Shown: positions 11,360-20,078 of the stretch, one piece after another
Numbering within the stretch: the stretch's first letter is position 1
Layout: every line of letters begins with the position of its first letter
DNA from: an uncultured Planctomycetota bacterium
Lineage (GTDB): Bacteria; Planctomycetota; Planctomycetia; Gemmatales; Gemmataceae
Direction: 5' to 3'
Length of the DNA: 64,000 bases
Assembly (NCBI GenBank): GCA_963849325.1
Contig: CAWKHF010000011.1
Location: forward strand, 94,457 to 158,456
Made by a program: the position numbers and the translations under genes
The notes under the pieces: generated by a model
Database searches by the model: none
The model's input: only the letters and a program-made list of their open reading frames with translations
What the model was told of the DNA's origin: nothing

Positions 11360-11576
11360 AAAAACCACGAATCACACGAATAAGAAGCTGTAACTTTTTG
11401 GCGAGCGGGGGGCGTAAGCCCCCTGTTTTTCGCCGTCAACAGGGGGCTTACGCCCCCCGCTCGCCTATTTGGGTAGTGCCTCTAAGACAAATAACCGTGC
11501 CACCGGCGCCTTGCCCACTTCTTATTCTTTTTCTCTTCTTCTTTATTCGTGTGATTCGTGTGATTCGTGGTTTTTT
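11360..11576. repeat. Nested inverted repeats between grpE and hsp70
   Basis: Outer arms ACCACGAATCACACGAATAA / TTATTCGTGTGATTCGTG..GTGGT; inner perfect 28-bp IR at 11400-11427 / 11438-11465. Confidence 0.8.
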
Positions 11577-11583
11577 GTCTTTC

Positions 11584-12189
11584 TTATTCGGAAACGATGA
11601 CCTTGGGCCGGCGCAGGACGAATTCGGGTTGCTGGCTGGCGTAGCCGCGCTCGATCTGTTCGGCGACGAGCAGCGGTCCCATGCCCTCGACGCGCTTGCT
11701 GCCGACGCGCTCGTGGATGGCCGGGTTATACGCGGCGCTGATGACGGCGTCATACGGCTGAATACCGTGCCGCAGCAGGGCGGCGTCCACCTTGCGCGAC
11801 TCGACCTCGACCGCTTCGATCCAGCGCTTCACCGCCTCCAGGTCATCCAGCGACGGGCGGGCGGCGACGATGGCCCGCAAATCGTGAGCGGTTTCGATTA
11901 ACTCGTTGAGCAGGGCCAGGCTGACGCGCTTCTCGCCGTGCGTCTCCTGCCGCAGCTGTTGGTAGGCGCGCTGCGTGTCGGCCGCGAAGCTGTTGAAGCT
12001 CGTCTTCAGCTCGTCGCGGACCTTGTTGAGCGTCTGCTCCAGAGAGCGCAGCTGGCGCTTGTCGTACTCGCGCAGGGCGATGACTTCCTCGCACAGCTTG
12101 TACATCGTGGAGGAGCCGAGCGTATCGAGATCGCGGGAGGTCCCCGGTTCGGAGTTGCCGGGCACGCCCTGCAAAAAATCAGCGCTCAT
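11584..12189 (-). CDS. grpE: GrpE-like nucleotide exchange factor
   Basis: Coiled-coil N-half; LLNELIETAHDL; LLRHGIQPYD..AYNPAIHERV..VAEQIERGY..VLRRPKVIVS matches the GrpE C-terminus; adjacent to hsp70. Confidence 0.85.
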   Translation of the reverse strand: MSADFLQGVPGNSEPGTSRDLDTLGSSTMYKLCEEVIALREYDKRQLRSLEQTLNKVRDELKTSFNSFAADTQRAYQQLRQETHGEKRVSLALLNELIETAHDLRAIVAARPSLDDLEAVKRWIEAVEVESRKVDAALLRHGIQPYDAVISAAYNPAIHERVGSKRVEGMGPLLVAEQIERGYASQQPEFVLRRPKVIVSE

Positions 12190-12199
12190 TTCGGTAGTC

Positions 12200-12720
12200 C
12201 TAGTTCGGAATTCGGACTTCGAGTTCAATGGCCCAGGGATCCAGCGGTTGTTGTACGAGACGTTCGAGCAGCAGCGGCACGGCCGGCACCTCTTCGGGCA
12301 CCTTGGGCACGACCAGGGCGGCACGGACGGCGTTGACGTTCGGGCACTTCGGCGGAGGGCCGGTAGTCGGCCAGCGCCTTCTCGCTGTCCTGCGGCTGCC
12401 ACAGGCGACCGGCCTGGCCGTCTTCCACGCCGTAGCGCCGCGAACTGCGCCAGCACGCCGTCGCTGGTGTCGGCGTTGAGGCTGGCGGCGTCGGCCCGGA
12501 TGCGCCGCTCGGTATCGTGCAGGACCTCGCGGGCCCAGTTGATGTCCTCCAGCGGGACCTTGGATTGTCCCTTCCGCGCCCACTTCAGACGGTCGGCCCA
12601 GTGGGCGTCGATGGCCTTCTGGTCCGCCGCCTTGTCGAGACCGAGCAGCAGAAACGGCCCCACCTGCTCGCGCGGCAGCGTGGCCAACTCCAGCACAACG
12701 GGTTCCGGACTTCGACCCAT
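12200..12720 (-). CDS. J-domain-like protein lacking HPD (frameshifts ~12445, ~12340)
   Basis: GPFLLLGLDKAADQKAIDAHWADRLKWAR..LEDINWAREVLHDTERR aligns by eye to J-domain helices I-IV; directly upstream of grpE. Confidence 0.6.
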
Positions 12721-12733
12721 AATGTCCTCTCAT

Positions 12734-12854
12734 TTCACCGCAGAGGACGCAGAGAGCGCAGAGAGAAGACAGACAAATACCTTGCTCCGTCTTCGATTCT
12801 TTCAGGTTTCTCTCCTTTTCTTCTCTTTGCGCTCTCTGCGTCCTCTGCGGTGAA
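12734..12854. repeat. Long inverted repeat (TTCACCGCAGAGGACGCAGAGAGCGCAGAG family)
   Basis: ~35-bp arms with one mismatch. Confidence 0.8.
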
Positions 12855-12862
12855 TCTTTATT

Positions 12863-14477
12863 TTACGCGCCCATCGAGCGGCACGCTTCCATCTTTTTAT
12901 CGATATGCTCGGCCAGGTCACGCACGATGCGGCGATGTTCGTCGTTGCTGACCAGCGGCAGGCATTTGCCGGTGATACGGCGGAGCTTCTGAAACTCGCG
13001 GAGCAGGTCGCGCATCACCTCGCGCACCGCCGACCAGTTAATCTGGTAATTGGGCAGGTTGCGCACCTGATCGATGACCTTGCTCATCTGGTCGGTCAGT
13101 TGATCGCATAGGTTGCCCATCAGCGGAATGACGTTGCCGACCATGCTGATCGCCCGCTCCTCGACGCGGGTGTCGTTGGGGTAGCGCTTGAGGATGCGGT
13201 CGATGTCGGACAGCAGTTTTTCGATGTCGTTGAGTCCCTTGACCTCGATGAGGTCGAGTTCGTACAGCTCGTACTGCGGTTCGCCGGGCCGCAAGCGTCG
13301 CAGCTGCTTCCAGGGTGCGGCGGGCGTCCTGCGGCCGCTTGGACTGATTATACAGGTGGAAGAGGCGTTCGAGCGTGTCCGGGTCGTTGGGCCGCAGATG
13401 GGCGGTGCGCTGGACGTAGCTGAGGGCGCTGGACCATTTCTCTTTCTCGCCGTAGCGCGACGCGAGCCGGCCCAGGCTCTCGTAGGCCAGGTGCTCGATG
13501 TACTTCGGGATGTCCGGCGGGGCCGGCACGCCATCGTCCAGCAGGTCGAAATAGCGGTTCCAGTACGGATCGGCCTGAGCCAGTTCGCCCTTGAATTCGT
13601 AGATGAGGGCCAGGTTCTGGTGCAGGCGGGCATCGTTGGGGGCCAGTTTGATCGCCGCGGCGAAGTGCTTGATGGCGTCATCGAATTCGTGCGTCATGCC
13701 GGCGCAGCAGCCGAGCAGGTTGAGCAGGGCGACTTGCGTGGCTCGGCTGCCGCTCCGTTCGCGGGCCAGCGGACGCAGCAGCAGCTCGGCGTCGGTCCAG
13801 GCGCAGCGATCGATTAGCTCCTTGGCCTTGACGAGCACCGCCTCCAGGTACGCCTCGCGCACCGCCACGCTGCGCGGCCGGGCCTCGGTCAAGGTCTTCA
13901 GCAGGACATGCACGGTGTCGAGCTGGCCGAGGCTGCGAACGACCTGGAGCAGGCGCTGCTCATCGTCGGAGGTCAGCTCGGCCAGGAGCGGCACGTCCGG
14001 CGGCGCGCCGTTCGCCTGGCGGCACGCCTGCAACAACGCCTGCAAGACCAGCAGGAAACGCCGTTCCTCCCGCGTCTCGCCGGGACGATGGGCCAGCAGT
14101 TCGATGGCGTTGGGGATGAGGGCGAGACAGTCCTCGACCTTGCCGAGCGTGAGGCGCGTCAGCAGCAGGTTGTGACAGATTTCGTAGGAACCGGGGTCCA
14201 TCTGCCCGGCGCGGGCGAACTCGTCCTCGGCCTGGGCCAGCTGATTCTCTTGCAGCGACAGCAGGCCCATTTGCAGGACGACGTTGGCGTCGGGCCGCTG
14301 GATCTTGCGCAGGGCGTTGCGGGCCTCGGTGAGCTTGCCCTGCCGTTTGTGGGCCAGGGCCAGCATGTATAGCACGTTGGCGTCCTGGCAGCCGGACTGG
14401 ACGGCACGTTCGAGGACCTGAGCCGCCACCTCGTAGGGCGACAGGATTGGCTCCGCAATGGGGATTACTTCGGACAC
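12863..14477 (-). CDS. TPR-repeat protein with C-terminal helical domain (frameshift ~13310)
   Basis: TPR units LYMLALAHKRQGKLTEARNAL and AIKHFAAAIKLAPNDARLHQNLA; GTG start after GGAGAG; ORFs 13038..14531 and 12863..13681 joined. Confidence 0.85.
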
Positions 14478-14487
14478 AAGGCTCTCC

Positions 14488-14546
14488 AGTTCTGAGTTCT
14501 GAGTAACAGAAGCACGTCGATTGTTTTTCACTCAGAACTCAGAACT
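14488..14546. repeat. Heptamer-built inverted repeat
   Basis: AGTTCTGAGTTCTGAGT / ACTCAGAACTCAGAACT (17-bp arms) at the TPR-TPR junction. Confidence 0.7.
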
Positions 14547-17327
14547 TACTGAATACAGCAAGTCGCTGCCCGGCCCGCACCAGGGCGAGGGTCATCAACG
14601 GCCCCAGGCGGCGATCGCGCAGGCCGAGCTTGCCGGCCTCGCGGAAGCGGTCGGCCGCCTGCTCGAAGCGACCATTCTCGTAGGCCAATAGCCCCGACAG
14701 CAGCACCGTCTGCCGCAACGGCTCGTCGAATTGCCACTCGCCCCGCCTGGGAGGATCGACGCTATTCCACCACTTGATGGCCTCGTCGTAGGCGCCGCGG
14801 TCGAAGCTCAAACGGCCCAGCATGGCGCGGGCGTAGACCGCCGACGGACTTTTCTCGACCGCGGCCACCTTCAGCAACGCTTGCTGAGCGGCAGCAACAT
14901 TGTTCTGGTGCAAATAGGCCCAGGCCATCAAGAACTGACTTTCCACGGCCAGCGCCTCGTCCTCGGCGGCCCGCTGGCTCAATTCGAGGACGGTCCCGTA
15001 ATTGTTCGCGGCCAGGTGGCAGACGGCGCCGAGGTAGTGGAAGCGCGGATCGCGCACCTCGGGGCGATTCATCGCCGGCGCCTGCGCCGCCAGGCCGGCT
15101 CGATCGCCCAGGACCGAGCGCACCGCCGCCAGACACCACAAGGCATCGATGTGGTTCGGATCGTCGCGCAGGCATGTCTCCAGCAAGGTCAACGAGGATG
15201 CCAGCGAGGAATGATCCGAGCCGCGACCGTTCGGGAGCGATTGCCCCCGCTCGCTCACGCTCGCAGCTCGGTTGTTGCCCAAGGTCTCGCGCAAGGCCAG
15301 CCGAGCGCCCAGGAAGGCGATGGCGGCACGGAGCGGGCCGCGGCGTCAGCCCCAGGGCGCGGTCGATGGCCTTGGCACGACGGTCGGCGTTGCCGCGCTC
15401 CTGCTCGATGATGGCCTGGCGCACCAGCGGCCAATGATCGGTCGGGGCCAGGCGGTGCCAGCCGGTGAGGAGGGCCACGGCCCCATCCATGTCGCCACGA
15501 CGGTAGTTCAGGCACGCCAGCCGATCGTGTCCGGCGATGCTCGACGGGTCCAGGCGGAGCAGCACCTCGACGCAGACTGCGCCGGCTCCTGGTGCCCCGA
15601 CTCCTCCTGCGCGGCGCGAGCGCTCCAGCAGGAACGATTCGCCGTGGGCCGCGTAACTGCCGCCGAGCACGCCAGGGTACTGTCCCGGCGCGCTCAGCGG
15701 CGCTGCGCTCCAGGTAGGCGTACTCGGCGTCGTCGAAGCTCCACTGCTGCTGCTCGAAGTAGGCACGGGCAGCGCCGGACTCGGCGAAGGTGCGGGAGAA
15801 CAGGTCGAGATCACGGTCACTGCTGGAGCCGTGGACGGTGGCCGCCCGCACGTACAGGAAGGCGTGCCGCGGCCGGACGGCGTCGGGGAACGTGCGCGGC
15901 CAGGTGAGCGTAGGCGTCGGCGGCCTGCGGGTCGGTGGCGTGAACCGAGGCGAGCACGTCGCACAACTGGAGCTGCTCGTCCTTGCCCAGCGTCATGTTC
16001 AGCCGCCGGGCCTCGGCGTGGACGGCGCGATGAGGCCGGCCCACTCGGCGTTGTCGAAGACGGGATAGCGGGCCAGCAGGCGGATGGCCCAAGCGACGTT
16101 GCGCGGCTTGTCCTCGGGGTTGGTTGGCTTGCCCAGGGCGCCGCACAGGCCGAGATAGCCGGCCGTGAAGGGATCCTTGGGTTCTTCTTGTTCCAGGGCG
16201 ATGCGCAGGTGCTTGTAAGCCTGGTCGTAGCGGCCGCAGCGGGCCAGGGACAGGCCCAGACCGCGCAGCAGCGGCACCGTGGGAGGACTGTCTTGCAGAA
16301 GCTTGGCGAAAAGGTCGGCCGCTTCCGGGAAGTCGCCGTGACGGTAATGCGCCTGCGCCATGGCGAACCGCCCCTGCCGCAGAATGACGGTCAGGTCCGG
16401 ACCGAGGACGGGGCAGACGTAGGGATACTTGTTGGCCAAGCGGCGAACGTAGGAGTGTGCTTCGGGAAAGGCTTCGACCCAGGCGCGCTCCGGCCGGGCC
16501 GTCCACAGCCCGAAGCCGCGCGGCCCCAGGGCGCGTTGCAGGGCGCGCAGGGCGAGTCCGCTATCGCCGCCCGCCGCGACGAGGGAGGCACCCATCTGGC
16601 AGGTCACGAACGGACAGCTCGCCTCGACGCGGTTGGCCTCAGCGAGATAACGCAAACTCTCCTGCGCCTTGCCTTGCCGATAGAGCAGCACACCGAGATA
16701 GAACGCCGGATCGAGATAGTGTTTGCCGGCCTGTTCGTGCGCCGTCGCCAGGGCGGCCATCGCCTCCTCGATCTTTTCCTGGCGGACCAGGCACAACCCT
16801 TTCCAGAAGGACGCTTCCGGGCACGGCGGCCGCACGGCGAAGATGCGTTCCAGCAGGTGCAGGACGGCTTGCGTGTCTTCCCCCTCACCCCTTCCCCTCT
16901 CCCCCCCAGGGGGGAGAGGGGTTAGGGGTGAGGGGGTGGCGGCGAACAGGCGCCGCGCCTCGGCCAGCATCGCCTCGACGATGCGCGTGCGCTGTTCGTC
17001 CTGGTCCAGTCCGAGGCGAGCGCCTGCTTCGAGAGCGTGTCGCAGAGCTTCCTCGAAGTTTTTTTCCTTGAGCATCTGCTCGGCGCCGCGCTGGTGGCAC
17101 TCACCGGCGACGACGCGGAGACGATCTTGCCAGACGGGCGGCAGCCGCGGCTCGGCCAGCAGGGCCGTCACGATGTCCAGCGCGGGCTGCCAGTCGCCTT
17201 GTTCGAGCAGGCGCTGAGCGTGGCGGAAGGCGCGATGGCGGCGCGGCCCGCGCCCCAGCAGCAACCACAGGCACAGCGCCAGCGAGAGCACGAAGACGGC
17301 GACAAGGAGGAGGATCTTAACAGTCAC
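14539..17327 (-). CDS. Large membrane-anchored TPR-repeat protein (several frameshifts ~15350-16030)
   Basis: N-terminal TM MTVKILLLVAVFVLSLALCLWLLLG; many TPRs (FYLGVLLYRQGKAQESLRYL, AMAQAHYRHGDFPEAADLF, LSGLLAYENGRFEQAADRF) across consecutive frames. Confidence 0.8.
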
Positions 17328-17384
17328 AGCGGTCGTTTCCTTCGCGGTCCAATCCGCTCGGCGTGCAGGGGCGATCTCTCCTCA

Positions 17385-20021
17385 TTATGGCGGATTCCAT
17401 CGCCGAAGGGCAGCTTTTGCTTCGCGTGTTTCGGGCGTCAGGGCGCCGTCGGCGAGTTTCTCCAGGATGCACCGCGCCTCCGACGTGCCGATGCGTTCGA
17501 GCACGGCGATGGCCCGCAGCGTCCGCAGGGCTTCCTTCGACGGCCGCCTCGGTTGGGCGAGAAGGGCCTCCAGTCGTCGGCGCATCTCCAGCGAGGGCCG
17601 GCCTTGCAATGCCCGTCGCAGCAGAGGCTCGGCTTCGTAGCATGTGCGGCTCAACTCCTGAGAAGCTGCCTCGCGCGTCCGGAACGAATCGTCATCGAGA
17701 TCGGCCAACAGTTTCTCGATGTGTTGGACTTTCTTATTCGACGCCGGCTCCAGATTCGTGCGCAGCAACGGCACAGCTTGCTCCGGTGTGGCTGCCAGCG
17801 TGTGGAGGGCGCGAGAAGCCTTGCGGGCATCGCCGGCCAGATCGGACCATAGCGACGCCAACCCCTTCGGACCAAGCTCTCGCTTCGGCTTGTGGCCCGA
17901 CCATGTCGAAACTTCCAGATCCCAGAGGAGAATATCTCCCTCCGCCATGCTCGCGGCGACACGACCGCCCGGCAGGGCGACCAGGGAAGGAACGTAGGGC
18001 CAGCCCAAATCGTCCAACGTCTTTGCGATGCTGTCCGGCCACGCCACCTGATGCAATTTCTCACCCGTGACTGTATCCCAGACACACAGGTTCTTATGAT
18101 CCGACACGATCAGGGCGCGACTATCTGGGCTGAAGGCAATGGTATTGGGAGCTGGCAAGTTCAGGCGGACAACCTCCTCGCCCGTCGCCATCTCGATCAA
18201 CGACCGCACCTCGATACCTTCATGCTCCGGATCTCCATCCTTCGCCGACCGGATCAACGCGGCGAGAAGTCGTCCATCGGAGGAAAAAACCAGCGGACTC
18301 TTTACCTCCCTGGGCAACTTCGCCAGCAAACAGCCGGTCGAGACTTCCTCTATCCCCAACCGCTTGCCCAGCCAGACGCTTAACCGCTCGCCGCCCGGCG
18401 CCAAGTCCGCATGGCCGTCGCCGATTAGTCCATCGACTTCGCCGCGGATCTTAAATTGGTAGGGTCGTTGACTCAACCGTTTCCCGGAGTCCGCGTCCCA
18501 GACGACGAGTTGCCCGGGCGGATCTTCCTCCTTCGAGTAGACCCCCGCAAAGTATTTGCCATCGGCGGAAAGGGCCGCCGTATGCAGACAAGCAATTTTC
18601 CCCTTGCCCTCCCCGTCGATGATCCGTCCCAGCGGCTTGCCATTGGTCACATTCCAGACATGAAAAGTGAAATGAACTCCGCCGGACCACTCCATGGCTC
18701 CCAGGTTTCCGGCCGCGACGCGCTGACCATCGCTGGAAAGGAAGCAGTCGGTGATGAAAAGGTTCCTTTCCTGCCATTTCCGGAGTTGTCTGCTCGTGGT
18801 GGCGTCCCACAGGCGCAGAACCCCATCGTGGTCCCCGGAGGCGATGATCTTGCCATCGGGGGAAGCGGCCAGCGCCAATCCGATCTGGTCGTGTCCGGGC
18901 CGATGGTGCAGGGAGCGACCCGAAGAGGTGTCATAAAGGCGAATGGCGCAGCCGTCATGGCAGGCGAGCGTTTTGCCGTCGGGCGCGAACGTAAGCCGGC
19001 TTCCGTGGCGTGCCGGCAATTGTTGCATTTGCTGCGCCTTCGATAGATCCCAGAGGAGTATGTGATGGGGTATCTCGAAAGTGAACCCGTGCGGGAGGTA
19101 TCGGCGCGTGCCCCAAATCGCAGCAAACCATCGCCCATCCGGAGAGAAGGTAGGCTCATGGACAAAGTTTGCGGCGGCCATCGACGGTGCTCGCAACCGC
19201 GACTTCTCCTCCAGGGTATCTGCCGCCAAGAATCGAACTACCGCCTCGTCGCGTCCACCCACAGTCAGCGTCTTGCCGTCGGGCGAAAAAGCCATTGAGC
19301 CGGCATCGATCCGGCGAAGGTTTTTCCTCGCGCGGAGCGATTGACCCGTGGTCGTGTCCCAGAGAGAAAGATCAAAACGCGAATCGACGGACGTTCCGGG
19401 GATTGTCTCGGATCTCGGCGATCCCAGCCAATCGTTTGCCATCGGATGTGAAAACAACATTCGACAGCTGGATCTCAGGAGGAGTTGCCAATGTTTGATG
19501 GAGTTGAATCGTTTCTACATTCCATATTTGTGTGACGTACTTCCGAGCGCTCGAGCACATCTGGAGCATTAAGAATTTGCCGTCCGTGGAGAATTTCATG
19601 AGTTGATGAAGAAGGGCGGTGCCAAGGCACGGGATCCGGCCCCGTTCTCTGCCTGTACTGGTGTCGTACAGATATACCGTCTCGCCGTCCCAAGTCGCCG
19701 CCATGGTCCCGCCGGGCGACAAGGACACGGCCACGAACCGCTTATCCTTTCGCGGTTTTCCGGGCAACTGTTGTCGCCACACCAGCTTCCCCGAGGCAAC
19801 GTCCCAGATGCGGATTTCGCCATCGCGGTCACAGGAGATCAACTGGCTACCGTCCTTCGAAAATACTACCTTGGCGCCGGCGTGCCGCAACCGCACCGTG
19901 CCCAGGCGAGCTACGGCGCCGGGCGGCAGCGGATCGCCATACAAATCCACACGCGGCGCCTCCCCCTTGAGAGAGCCGTGCTTCCCAGCAGCATGAGAGT
20001 GGTGAATACCGTGCGATTCAT
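17385..20021 (-). CDS. Secreted WD40 beta-propeller protein (frameshifts ~19965, ~19455)
   Basis: Signal MNRTVFTTLMLLGSTALS; VDLYGDPLPPGAVARLGTVRLRH; many FSPDG..LWD repeats; C-terminal LLADLDDDSFRTREAASQEL..RAIAVLERIGT. Confidence 0.85.
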
Positions 20022-20078
20022 GACCGAATCTCCGTCAACCGCTTGCAGCCTGGCGTACTCCGTTAAGCCGCAAGCGTC

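Noticed and set aside
11584-12720. 378-aa J-like/GrpE fusion ORF
   Set aside because: The middle is out-of-frame text caused by indels; the J-like gene has its own stop (~12200) and grpE its own ATG (12189).
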